Positions 39,850 to 53,439 of a stretch of 64,000 nt of DNA are shown here, piece after piece (the first letter of the stretch is position 1; each line of letters starts with the position of its first letter). Under the pieces are notes generated by a model that saw nothing but the letters and a program-made list of their open reading frames with translations, had not been told where the DNA came from and searched no databases. The position numbers and the translations under genes were made by a program. The stretch is taken from NCBI GenBank assembly GCA_964016885.1, contig OZ024740.1, positions 125,240,001 through 125,304,000 of the forward strand. Reading direction: 5' to 3'. This stretch comes from Eledone cirrhosa. Lineage: Eukaryota.

Positions 39850-40085
39850 ATTGTTGTATATGTCATGCATGTTGCATAGATTGCAGGACAGGATTTATTT
39901 ATTTTAACCACACTTAACATCATAGAATAGGTGTTTGTAATCAAGCTATCAGTACTAATCAGTTTGACTGTAGAAAGTCTAAAGTGTCTGCTCCACTCTG
40001 TATCAGTTTCTAGAATTAATGCACAATAAAATGTGTTGCCTTCACAGTGACATCCATATTCCACAGTCACTACTGTTTCTTGTTC
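39850..40085 (-). pseudogene. Candidate exon of degenerate host gene (3' boundary uncertain)
   Basis: CCTTGATTAG acceptor; EQETVVTVEYGCHCEGNTFYCALILETDTEWSRHF..; the DTEW motif recurs in exon 35151-35572. Confidence 0.45.
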
Positions 40086-41029
40086 CTAATCAAGGTAATA
40101 ATTGTGTTAATTGAACTTTCTTAATCCATACATTTCCATCAACATGCAGGAGTCATATATGGTGGAACAACCATTAACTGTGCAAAAACATTAAGAACAA
40201 TAAGGATTTGAAAAGTTATTCTCTAGCTTCAAGAACTGTTGGATTTCTTGTTGCTGATTTATGATAATGGTTTTATTTGGCTAAATCAATTTCCATCAAA
40301 CAATGGGAAATTTAACAACTACAATGAAGTTTAACATACATTGGCTCTTAATAGCCACACATCACAGTAGAAATAAATTTAATTTAAATGAACTTTGTAT
40401 GTATACATTGATAATCAACAACCCCATTCTGTTTCTCTCATATTGCATACGTATTTATGAAGCCACTAAATATTTTAACCATATTAATTATATCAATTTC
40501 CTTGTAGATGAATCATGCATTTCTTCATTCCAAAGAAGTAAATAATGTATATCAAAACGCAGCTGTATGTACACATTATTGCATATATTAATTCACTAAG
40601 ATCTCACAGTGCTGTAACATATATATTAATCTTATAATTGTTTCTGTAACAACCAACACATATACATGCACTTCTAACTATGAAGATCAAAATACACATA
40701 CATAAATTAAATTATTTCCATGAATATACATAAAAAACATCTATGTATATATACATTTCAATGCTAACTGGTTAAACCGAAATCCACATGAATGCATCTA
40801 ATTTATAATACAATGATATGCACTTAAATTACTTTGTAATTTTTATAGCTGAGTGGTAAAGACTATGAATGTCAACTTCTTCACAATATGCTTTTTCAGA
40901 ATATTAATAAGATATTTCAAATTCAATGATGTTCTAATATTCAAGTAAACTTTTGTAATGATTGATTGTCATTAACTAAACAAACTTGCTTGGTAAATGA
41001 TTTCATTTTATATATCGAATCACATGAAA

Positions 41030-41305
41030 GATGCATAGAAGTGGTTCATATCTTCTGCTATCTAGGTGATCTAATTAGCAGTGGAGGAGGGTGCTGTGAG
41101 AGACTAATAGCTAGAATAAATATAGAATGAAAGAAGTTTAGAGAGCTACTCCCACTGTTGACAACAGACAACAGACAACATACAAAGTATGACTCTATGA
41201 CACTTGAGTGTGAAGTGCAATGCTGTATGGTAGTGAACATGAGCAGTGACTGTAGAGGACATGTGTAAGCTGGAGAGAAATGAAGCAACAATGATTCATT
41301 TATGC
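41030..41305 (+). mobile_element. Decayed RTE fragment
   Basis: FCYLGDLISSGGGC..FRELLPLL..EDMCKLERNEA. Confidence 0.7.
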
Positions 41306-41309
41306 AAAC

Positions 41310-41710
41310 TGAACAAATTACCTCATTCTGAGAAATGCTATGAGAATAAGCCAGAGTCACTGATAGAAAAGGACCAGTTGAAGGTGATGTGGGATTTCAG
41401 GATACAAACAAACAAAGAATTAGAAAAACAATAGGCTTGACCTGGTGGTTTTTGACAAGCAAAAAGATCTTGCTTGATTATAGATGTAGCTGGCCCCTTT
41501 GACAAAAGAGTGCAAGAAAAGGGAAAGGAGATAATTAAATGGTACCAGGATTTAAATTGGGAACTGAAATATATTTGGAACTGTCATGAGATCAAACTCA
41601 TCCCCATTGTCATAGGAGCACTAGGTACTATATCGAAGAGCTTCCAAGGCTGGTTAAAGAACATTTTGGAAACACTCCAGAAGTCATGCAACCTAGTAAC
41701 TACTACTGAC
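41310..41710 (+). mobile_element. R4/Dong-like non-LTR retrotransposon, C-terminal restriction-like endonuclease fragment
   Basis: VMWDFRIQT..DLVVFDK..LIIDVAGPFD..YQDL..LIPIVIGALGTI..LQK motif series. Confidence 0.75.
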
Positions 41711-42899
41711 ATTTATATAAAACAAATAGTTTAGATAGTGTAGTTTTGAAATTCTCATATGCATAAAATATATTTGTGAAATTTTAATATTTTGATGTTT
41801 AAAATGCTTTAAGTGTTGCTGAGAATATAGTTTTTGTTTCACAACTCCATTACATAATGAGTTTCCGTTATGTTAAGTTTCAACAAGCTTCTTGAATTTT
41901 TGTTTATTTCCAGCCACTCACATGCAAAGAGTACTTTGAAAGCAATATATAAAATAAGAGAACTGTGTATAGGGATTCATTGAGTAGTAGAACAAAGGAG
42001 AAACAGCAAATGAGATAGAAGAGAGGTAGATTGAGAAAAAGAGAGCATGAGAGCAAAAACAATCAAATAAAACCAGAAGCAAGATTTCAGGGAAAAATAT
42101 GATTAAGTGAGAGAAAAACATGTATGTTGGTTCACGTGTACATATATCTGATGTGATATTTATGTAATTAAAAGTTCAAATTATGAAAATTTGTTGGCCA
42201 TATTTTGAATACCAGTGATGATGTAAATATAGAAGAACATTGTTTCATTGTAAAATAAACACCACTTCAGATATTTAAGTAAAATTTGAAGTTCGTGAAC
42301 AATGACAAAGTTTATATGTTGAACAATGACATAGTTTATATGTTGTAGCAAGTTCTACCTTATGCAACTATACCCCATGAAAGATATGACCCAAATTTGA
42401 TTAGACTCATGACATGCCATACTGCAGAATGTAAACTTGATGAAACAAGCATCAGGAGGATGTCCCCCTCCTACTAGCATGCTTCCAGACCCCACTCACC
42501 CACATTCCTCCACCTCAAACCAGAAGAACCAGAGGGGCGGAACAACTTTTAGGACCTTGCCTGCCAGTATACTCCTAATTTGTCTACAATAAATCCCCTG
42601 CCCTCAACCTTCATACCCCCTTTCCTTGTCTAACCTATGCCAGCATCTGATTCAACTTCCCTCACCAACGCATGCTCCACTTTACACACATCCCTGACTT
42701 ACTATTCCCATCCAATTGAAGCCAACCACTTGCTTCAATGGCCTACCTCAATACCTAGCAATTCCTCTTCCATTGTGGCATGTCTTGCCCAATGGCTAGT
42801 AGCATAGAGCTTGCACTCCTCTCATTTATATACACACCCTACTCACAGAAATGCCTCCCCAGTCAGACCAAAACACACTGAGTACCCTGTTTTAATGAG

Positions 42900-43200
42900 G
42901 CAACACTGGTGCCATGATAAAATGCACCCAGCCCACTCTGTAAAATAGTAGTGCTGATGCAATGAAAAAAATCATTCAGGCTGCACTGTAAAGTGGTAGT
43001 GCTGGTACTACCGCAAAAAGCACCTAATCCATTCTATGCAGTAAAATAGTAGTGCTGATGCAATGAAAAAAATCATTCAGGCTGCACTGTAAAGTGGTAG
43101 TGCTAGTACCACCGCAAAAAGTACCTAATCCATTCTATGCAGTGGCAGTGCTGGAATTAAAACAAAATGCTCCCAATACATGCTGTAAAGTGGTTGGCAC
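42900..43200 (+). repeat. ~50-bp tandem units, including a ~100-bp near-perfect duplication, in an RTE-type 3' tail
   Basis: 42940-43040 is nearly identical to 43041-43141; units CTGTAAAGTGG..TGCTGG..AAAAGCACC. Confidence 0.85.
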
Positions 43201-44098
43201 CAAACCTAGATAACTAAGCAAAACATGGAGCATTCAGACAAGACTTGGTCTCAGTACACGACAGTCTCAAACATATTCATGTATGGAAAATAGACATTAA
43301 ATTGTGATAATTATTTTCCTCTGCTTATTGTCAAGAATCCAGAAATGGTGAGAATAGTTTGCCTTGTTTACTTAATCAGAGAATAATGTTAACTAACCCA
43401 ACCACTGTATTTAATTCTAGTTTATTTCAGATGTTGTAAATGTTGCCAATAATCAAATCCATCTTTTTATCAATACATCAAGCTAATGAATGATCTGTGT
43501 ATTATTCTCTACCAGCTTACTCTGGCAAAGGCACCTGAACTAATGGTTAGTGTGTTGGATTTGTGATCGTAATGTTATGGGGCCAATTCCTAGACTGGGT
43601 TACATGTGTTCTTGAGCAAAACACTGCATTTAATGATGCTGCAGTATACTCGGCTGAAAATGAGTACTGACAATAGCTTGGGGTTTAACCTTGTGATGGA
43701 CAGCCTTCCTGTCCAGACGGAAGTCTTGTATTCTCAGTTGCTTTTCACCACAGAAAACGGGATAAGCACTGGCCTGAAGAACCTACAGAAGGCATTATTA
43801 TAGATGGAATTGGCTATATCAGTAGATCATCAGACAATATGCATCGTGCCATATAATTACATCCTTTTACTTTCTAAGTTTATATCCTGTCGTGGTTTGC
43901 TTTGTCTTTTATACCTTGTGGTTGACAAAATAAAGTACCAATAATGCACCTGAGTCGATTTAATCAAATTTCCCCTTCCCGAAAATTGTTGGCCTCTACT
44001 TAAATCAGAAACCATTATATATTTATTTTAAAGAGTCAATTAAATAACTGTACTAAGCAGACACTTTAAATAAATTAGCTGTCAAATAAAATCATCAC

Positions 44099-44324
44099 CC
44101 AGTTATAGCTGAGGTGTACAATATCATGTAATTCTTTGATAAACCATCACAAAACATCCATTTATAGTACATCATATAAACAAATGAATTATAAAGCAAG
44201 AAAAATAATTTATAATGAGAAATCCTTATTATTATCAACGACTTTGTTGAGAAAGCTTCTAATTTCATTCTATACTCTCCTAAAACCAAATAGTAGTCAA
44301 ATGACATCGTTTTGTATGTCAATA
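44099..44324 (-). pseudogene. Candidate exon with PKD-domain-like motifs
   Basis: CTATGCAG acceptor, GTGATG donor, open frame; Y..LGEYRMKLEAFS and YYKWMFCDG resemble PKD-domain GxYxVxL and YxWDFGDG. Confidence 0.45.
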
Positions 44325-45309
44325 CTGCATAGTAGAAATGCTATATAGCTAATCCCTTATTTTCTGAATCTTTACAACAGCAAGGTGATTATTTCTTGTA
44401 TCTGAGCTTTTTGTTATTGGAAAAACCAAAGTAGATTATGGAAGAACATGTCTTACGATAAAGATTTCAGATCTTAAAACATTTAGTTACTTCAATAAAA
44501 ACACTACTCATTCATTGTGGAATCTAATATAAATACATACTGTTTATTCTGACATTTTGGATTTGTTGACTAAGTTTACAGCCAAAGCAGCTGATATATT
44601 TTTACAAAGTAATATTTGTTATAGGAATTCTATGTGATTTTGTTCCTAGTGCATATAGTCATACATATCACACATACATGCAAGATGGAGAAAGAGAGAG
44701 AGAAAAAGAGATAGGAGCAAATATATTTAGATGTCAGATGATAAATGAAAGAAAACAAATCTACTATGCAATGAGTGCTCTCATTATATGACAGGTCCTG
44801 GTTAGATGAGAAAGAGTCTTAAATTGTATATACAACGAGCATTTTAACTCCATCTTTATCTTTTGCTCTCTAATTCTCATGGATATATATATATATTTGG
44901 GATCTTGTGCACAATACCTAAACTTAATTCACCACATGGCAGCTAAACAATAGATGATTCTTTGATAACACATTATTGCTAAAATAAAGAAACAAAATGG
45001 TATTGATTTGGAAAGGGAGCATTTCCTAAATAGCTTATACCCAAACACATAAAGACAGACACACACACGTCCGATCCAAATATAAATCAGGAGCTAACCA
45101 CTGTTAAAAATGGTACTTAATACATTAGTAGAGTGTAAGTATATTAATTTTATTATAGACATTACTTCTACTGGACTAGAACTATTTCATTCATAAGTAA
45201 TCATCAAGGTTTCCTGATGGTTACTTATGAATGAAATAGTTCTAGACTTGTAGAAGTCATTTCTATAAGAAAATGAATGTGTGAATGTGTGTTTGTATGT
45301 ATAGCATGA

Positions 45310-46500
45310 ATTCCTCAGCCCACCATCTTATGAAGATGTGTTTTGAACAGCAAGTGCCACTATACCAAGTATTTGTGGGCCTTACCAAAGCCTTTGATAC
45401 TGCTAATCATAGTGCATTATGGGTCATATTGGGAAAACCTGGATTCCTTCATGAGTTTGTTGGAATATTCAGCAAACTCCATCAAAATATGAAAGCAAAA
45501 GTGAAATTCAATGGGACACTTTCAGAAGCCATTTTCAGTAGAATAGTGTCAAGCAAGTTAGCATATCTGTAACCACTCTGTACCCCATCTACTTTGCTGT
45601 GCTGCTGACATATACCTTCCAAGACTTCAAAATCAGTGTATACTTGTGAATTCAAACATCTGGCAATTTAACACCAAGTCCAAAACATTTGGCTCTCTTG
45701 TTAGGGAGTTCCTATATGCTGATGATGCAGATTTTGTGGCCTACACATTATAGGACATGCAGTTGTATTTGGGCTAAATATTAGTATAAAAAACACAATG
45801 GGCATGTACACTCCACCAGTTGGGAATGTGCCAGGAATGGAGCCAGACATTTTTTTGAGAGGAAAAAGACTTAAGGTCTCATAGATACTAAGTAAATTTA
45901 GTAGAGATGGATCCCTTGTTGCTGAAATAGATTACAGGATTGTGAAGGTAAGTCCTGCCTTTGGGAAGCTTGAGAAGCAAGTCTGGTCAAATTGGCTTAT
46001 CATGAAAAACATAAGGCTCTGTGTATGTGGCTTGTGTATAGCCCTGCTATATGGATGCAAAACATGGACAACTTACAGGCATTGTATCAGGCAGTTGGAT
46101 AGATTTCATCAGCATTGTATACAATGCATCCTGAACATCAAGTGGTCCTCTAACACACCTGATGCTGTGGTACTTGAGATAGCAGGTAGCACCGGTATTG
46201 AGAGGATGATTATTATGAACCAGATGTATTGGGCTTGTCATGTGGTCAGGATGAAAAATGGAAGGTTGCCTAAACAGTTATTTTATGAGGAACTGACCAG
46301 AGGATAAAGACTACAGCATAAACCAAAGAATCAGTTTAAGGATGTCATAAAAGACAATCGTAAAGCTGTAATAATTGCTATGAAAAACTGGGAGAGACTG
46401 GCTGATGGTCATACATCATGGAGAAAGGTCATTAAATATGGATATGATGTCTTTGAGAAAAAATAAGTAGAGCATGCAGTTTTGAAGCATTCACTTCATA
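45310..46500 (+). mobile_element. Decayed RTE/BovB-like LINE fragment
   Basis: FVGLTKAFDT, FLYADDA, LLYGCKTWTTYR..LDRFHQ, RLPKQLFYEEL. Confidence 0.85.
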
Positions 46501-49500
46501 AGCAATTTATTTCAATCATTGAAACTATAAAGGATGATGGATATTACATTTGTCTTTTGTTATACACTCATATCTAAATTAATCAATTACAAAAGAATAA
46601 CTTATACACAATGAACAAATTTATTTTAATTCACGTTTAGTTAATTCACCTTACTATATTTTAAATAATTTCCAAGCTTTCATAAAAGTTGTCTCTTCAT
46701 TAATATTTTTGTTTCTTTTAGATTTTATGTTATTATTATCATTACTTCATTTAAATTTTGGTTCCTTTCTCTTGGTTTTGATTTTTTCTGAGACAGTGGA
46801 TTTGTTTGTAATGTTATACAATTGCTAATGTAATAAAATAAAAATTAAAAAAATAAATAAAACGAAACAAATAAATTCAAAATAATCCAGTTTCTCTCCA
46901 ATACTAGCACTAATGCCTTGGAGATAAGCGTTGAAATTTGCATTGACAGGTTTGTTTTGCTTCAAGCTGATTACTTCAATATTCTGGTAGTAAATAGATG
47001 AAGAACAGCACTACCAAATACCAAGGAATAGCTCAATGATTGTCTGAATTCTATATTTACCAAAGTATTTTGTAATGGGCAAAAATAATGCAATCAATTA
47101 AAATAAAATTTAAACATGAACAAAAAGAAAGAATCTAAATAAAAAAGTAATTCTAAATAAAAAAGAAAAAAATATTAAAACCCAAATCAAGAGAAAAAAA
47201 CCCACTAAAATGCTTTCAAATTGAAATATTAGAATTATTTTACAAAATGAGCAGGCATTTTCCAATTGAAGAGCCATTGTGACAAGGCATAAATAAGTAT
47301 TATGCCTAAGGTGTATTTGTCAGCTTTGAAGAAAATTTACATTTTCTAATTTACCATTAATAAAAGAAACAACAACAATGATGAAAGTAATGGTTCTCAT
47401 TAATCTTTAATCACGACCATTTCTGGAATTAGTTTCAGAATTCATAAAAAAGGAGAGAAATATGTAGAATTTCTGCTCACTAACTTAAATATATATTTAT
47501 ATGCAAGATACACACAAAAGTTCGATTTTAATTTAAATATCCAATAATTTAATACCTGTATCTTCTTCATCTTTATCATCATCATCATCTCCGTCTCCAC
47601 CAATTTATTCCTGAGAGGGTCCTGTCACAAGCAACCATCTCCAACTGATCCAGCTGGATCCCCAAGGAAGACCAGCCAAGCTTTTGGATGTTATACAACA
47701 ATTTTGCTTCGGTCTACCCCTGGGACTCCTGCCAGTTGGTTTTGCCCATAAAATCTGTCAAGGCGATTCTTTCTTGAGACATTCTAACCACATGCCCATA
47801 GTATCAAATAAAAAAGATTGAATAAATATGTGATGATGGTGCTGAATATCAACTTAATGTTGCTACATCAAGTTGATATTTGGCACCACCTTCATATATT
47901 AATGTAACTTTTTGATTTGACTTCTTGTGAATGAGAACTATACCTATTTTGTATATTGATAGCATTATATCCAAGTGGAAGCATGTTACCTCATGATTAT
48001 GGTGTTGGACGCATAATAGAAAAGATGGCTTGATTCCTGGATGGGTAGCATGTTGTGCCCTTGAGCAAGACATTATTCCACATTGCTCCAATCTGCTCAG
48101 CTGAAAGAATGATCTATGACAATAGAGTGTAATTTGAAAGAGATTTAGCAGCTATTTCTAATAGGCCAAAGAGCTACATAGGGGCCCTCTTATTAGCTCA
48201 TTCTATCAAGGTTGATAAAATATGTATTAAGTGCTAGAATTGATTTAATTCACTGCTCCTTTCACTGAAGTCTGTGTTCTAAGAGGACTTCACTATGATT
48301 TTCAGCTCAGAACTGTGATGGGCAAAACTGAACAGATATATATTTAATTTGAAAATATATTAACTAACTTCACTTCCCTTGATAATTCCAATACTATTCA
48401 TCAAATTAGTATAAATATATTTAATGTAGCAAACATTAAATATCCAACTAGAAATATATTTTTCTTATTAGGTGAAGGAAAAAATAACTAATATTTTAAT
48501 AATTTCATCAAGTAATGGAGACAACCACATGCATGTTTCATTTTTAATAGAATTCCTCAATGAATCATAGACCTCACAATACTTGTCCTTATTAATTGAT
48601 CAGTTGAGATGAAAAGGCAAAAGTTATCGAAGCAACTGTCTCCAAGCTTATGAATCATGAGTTCAAACTTGTTGTTACTTCATTATCTTTCTGAGCACAA
48701 AACTGTTCTCTTTATTGATTCAGATCACATAAGAAGCAGAAATAAATACAAATTCAGATTAAATTTCACTAGGATTTCTGGCTTGCTAATGAATACAAAC
48801 TATGCTGTGAGGTGTAGTTTGCAACAACTTATTCCACATTAAGTTCTTCATGCACATAGCTTCTACCATGAGGTGTGGATGTTCTTTGGATATGAAGGAT
48901 TTCCAACATACACATGGATATAGATAGATTATATCTATATCAATGTGTAATCCTATGTAAATCACATCTCCTTGCATGCTGTAAGAGGTAACTAAAAGGA
49001 TTGTCATCAAGAATGGCATCTAGTATTAAAATGCTGCCCCAAGACGTCTTGTCTAACCCAAACCAGCATATAAAAGCATTCATAAAAATGATGTGATTTA
49101 TAAGCAATTTGTAATTGGATGACCTGAGGGGATATTGACCTATATGAAAAACATAGAGGTCAATGGCTCATATTCAAATGTCAGAATTTCAGTTTTATCT
49201 CAAAGCTGTAAATTAGAGTCATATATAGTTATACTTTACCATATAATGAGGCAAATTTCTAATTGAGAAATGTTATGATAGATTGTAATAGGAAGTGTAT
49301 ATTCCCCATCCTCTGATAAGCATGAAAGGAAATAATTTAGTGCATCCTCGTTCATATCACTGCCTAAAGACAAAGTTTTCACTGATGCCTAATTGACTTA
49401 ATGTTTTAGAGAATATTAACTAACTTTTAGTATCTTTACAGAAATAGATACTCAGCATTGGTTTCATTAATAGTATTGTTTTCATTAGCATAAAACTGAT

Positions 49501-49802
49501 ATAGAAGGAATATAGCCAATTATATTGAACTCTACATGCCTAGTACTTATTTCATTGAAACTGGATAACGGACAGAGTTAAATTCTGATAGGATTTGAGC
49601 TCAAAATCTAGAACAAATGTAAACATGAAATTCACTTCCATTTATGATACTGTTGATATCATATTCTTCAATATTAATGCTTTTCATACCAAGCCACCTG
49701 AAACCATTTCTGGTTTTCATTAAAAATGTTTGTTTTAAAGTTTTTATACTTATCTAAGAACCTCCGTGTTAGGACCTTTAATTTATGATCCAAACACCAG
49801 CA

Positions 49803-50400
49803 TAATTGTTTCTACTTTTGGCACAAGGACAGCAATTATCCCAGTGAATTACTGATACTTTATTTTTTCGACCCTGTAAGGATGAAAGACAATGTTTACC
49901 TCGGTGGTATTTGAACTCAGATCGTAAAGGGCAGTAACTATGCTGCAAACCATAGCGTCCAACCCTCTACCGATACGGTCAATCCAGACACCAGCATAAT
50001 AATGGTTTCTTATATAAGCACAAGGCTAGCAATTTTTTTGTTTTTTTTTTGGGGGGGGGGGGAGTCAATTAAATCGACGCCGGTGCGTGACAGGTACTTT
50101 ATTTTTTTTACCCCGTAAAGATGAAAGGCAAAGTTAACATTGACGGGATTTGTACTCAGATCATAAAGGGCTGTAACTCTATGCTGCCAAGTATGGCATC
50201 TTACCATATACCGATACTGCCAATCCAAACACCAGCATAATAATTATTTCTACTTTAGGCATTACTGGTACTTTATTTTATCGACACCGCAAGGATGAAT
50301 GACAATGTCAACCTCGGCCGGATTTGAACTCAGATCGTAAAGGGACGTAACTATGCTGGAAAGCATGGCGTCCGACCCTCTACCTATACTGCCAATCCCC
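49803..50400 (-). mobile_element. Three tandem SINE family A copies
   Basis: Three diverged SINE bodies separated by the repeated ATCCA(A/G)ACACCAGCATAAT. Confidence 0.9.
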
Positions 50401-52247
50401 CATAATAATGATAATTGGTTATATTACTAAACCCCTCCAAATTCTCCACTATTCCTTTATTACGTGTTCCAGCCGAGAAACTTGAAACTTACTTGAAAAC
50501 AGCATATTTCTAATGAAAAACAGCGTAACAAAATGGTTAAAAAATCCCAAACAATTTAGGCACAAACCGTAGAGCTGCAAAATACAATACTGACAAGAGA
50601 CACGACTGCTATACAGTGCACAATTCAATAAAGATGTCCACAACACATTTTCCATTAATTTTATCAGATAAAATATGACAGATATAAGTACAAACTAAAA
50701 GGTTGAGATTATAATTCAACAAAATAATGAGACACTTTAATATTGATTAATTTGATGCTTCTAATGCTCAAGGTAGAACATATTAATTTTTATTCTAGAA
50801 CAGCCTACACAAACTTGATCGTGAAATATAAAATGTCTCAGGTTTCAAACAAAAAGACTGCTAGTTCGTGTCATAAATGTATCCCGACATGAACATTTTA
50901 AAATTCCAATCTAATAAGAGTAGAGATTCTCAAGATTAATGCATCTTCAATCATGTAGTATAGTAGTTTTCGTTGCCAATGGAGATTTGGAGATAACAAA
51001 TATAAATCTCCATCAGTTTTGACAATGAGTGTACCAGCTGTTTGATCAATGGAATAGCCTACTTGTTAAATTCATATGTAAGGGACTTACACAGACGTGT
51101 ACTATTAGCATAATTTTCATGGAAGTTAGAATGGCACAATCTGTGACAAGGTTGGCTCTTTGACTTACAGGACGAAAACATAAACACATATAATATATAC
51201 AAATATAAGGCAAAACGAGAGATAAAAAAACATAAAAATGAAGAAAAGTTGGTAGGGCAATTCACAATAAAGTGTAATTGATAAAAAAAAAATGTTTGAA
51301 AAGTGACAAATATTCCTCCGTGATTGTCGTAGGAAATGAAAGGACCTAACTTTGTGTCCCCACTCGAGTTCAGACTGAATCTCCCTATGCGGATGTTCGC
51401 CCAATTTACATCCGGTCAAAGAATATAGTGAGTCTTAAGCACAATCATAGAACTCATAAACATGTACGTTCACACAGTACCACTTCCTGACGAATGAGAG
51501 CGTAAAAAAACCCGCGAACTGCTGGTGTCACATCACTGGTCACTCGCTTTCAGCAATAACTCCCCTTAAGAATTTCAGTAGAAAACAGTCAGTGAATGGG
51601 TAAAAACCTAAACAATTCTTTGGGTGTGGGACGCAAAATCATAACCTTCAATTTTAAAACAGAAGTCCAAAGACATTTTCGAAAAGGTAAGTTACAGCGG
51701 AAGCCAATTAGATCTTATCAGAGACTCCAGGTATTGTTCCTTTCCATCTAACAAATTTCTTAAACCAATTTCCCCACTCCATGCTTCGTTACTAAATATC
51801 TGAATCCCATACATTTGGCGGATAATACTAATCAATTAAATCACGTCTTGCAATAGTGAAAAAAATGGCTGTGTACGAGGAATGTTATTTTTTATACAAC
51901 CTGTATTTAAGGCAACGGCGTTTAATCTTGTCATGATTCAATAAACAACACATTCATTAGTTCCACAACTACGCCGCTGAGAGATTTGTTTTTTAAGGTG
52001 CACACCCAGTTTGCATGTACCATATATTTATATGCAATTTATATAATGTTCATGATTTACAAAAGAAACAAATCAAACAAACGTCAGAAAGAAGAAAAAA
52101 AGACATGCACACTCAATTACACACAACATGTAATACTAAAAAGATTGTGAGGCACACCAAGTACCAAACCTACCAACTTCTAAAATTCCAAAGGGGAAGC
52201 ATTATGAGAAAAAGTGCCCCAAATGAAGCAAAATGGGGAGATTTTAC

Positions 52248-52435
52248 ATAATTGTTTCTACTTTTGGCACAAGGCCAGCAATTACCCAGTGTATTACTGG
52301 TACTTTATTTTATCGACCCCGTAAGGATGAAAGGCAAAGTTAACCTCGGCGGGATTTGAACTCAGAATGGCAAGGGCCGTAACTCTATGCGTCAAAGCAT
52401 GGCGTCCGACCCTCTACCGATACTGCCAATCCACT
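52248..52435 (-). mobile_element. Near-consensus SINE family A (further copies 59132-59300, 62565-62725)
   Basis: Reverse complement of the 28790-28981 copy at high identity. Confidence 0.9.
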
Positions 52436-53439
52436 AATGAAAGCTATACTCATTTTCACAAGAGAAGACATCTATCAACCCTCCAAGTGGGTGGGCTATC
52501 TCCCCATCGGACGAGGAGAGTTGATATGTCTGAAGTATTCTCACATTCATCATCTTATTTTAAAGTAAACAATGACAAAGTCTTTATGGTCAGCGGCCGA
52601 GCTCCTCTAAATGTCTCGAATACCACACTGAAAATGTAATTTAGCGATAAAACATGGTACGATGAATACTACTCACATTTCAGTTGTTTATTCCATTTGG
52701 TTGTAGATGCAATGACACCACTCTCACCGCATCATCTACAACTAACCCTAGAACAAAAGATTAGATCATCAGGTCACTTCTCAACGACCATAGACAACCT
52801 GAATTGAGAGAATAGTGACTGGCTATAATTAAGTTCAACACGGTATGGTGAGTAGAACGACCTGCATTTCGTTTGATTTCAAGTGATGGTGTGACTGATT
52901 GACACATATTACTTAGTACTGAATTTGTTGTTTTAGATTTTTTCTGACCATCATATTGATAATCACTTGATAGCTCACGAAAAGATATATTTTCCAGTGA
53001 AGTCGGGATGGGTGTTCTATAAATTTACTAAATAATTTCATAAATATATTACCAATTCAGTATTCAATTCTATGCCAAAATACTTTTAAAAACCTTTTGA
53101 GTATCTGTGATTGTCTGTGAACTTCAGTGTATATCGAACAGAGTATAATGAAAATAAAATAAGATTCCCCACCCTCCCTGGCCAACGGGGACCTATGCTT
53201 AAGCACACCTAACCACAATGGTCAGGTTACCAAGGATATAGGAGATTTCGACAGTGGCTAACATAAAAATGAAACGGTCAGTCAATGTCAAGTATTCACT
53301 GTATATTCTGCTGATTTTTATTCTATGTAAAAATATATCATGTAAATACAATTTAATAGAAAAAGAAAAAAAGAAAATTTAGATTCAGAAGAGAGAATGG
53401 AATGCAACATTAGAAAATATAAACCAAAAATGAAAAGGA

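Noticed and set aside
42900-43200. Repeat-spacer-like periodicity (CRISPR-like)
   Set aside because: Units are tandem with no unique spacers, the context is eukaryotic, and there are no cas genes.
8720-44324. Assigning a gene symbol (CatSper auxiliary subunit, CLCA or PKD1L-type) to the decayed gene
   Set aside because: Only short motif resemblances; not enough to name without a homology search.
52677-52750. Minus-strand exon-like segment GLVVDDAVRVVSLHLQPNGINN* (similar candidates near 38000, 47000, 50500, 54450, 58790)
   Set aside because: Splice signals are plausible, but frames could not be joined consistently; not reported as features.
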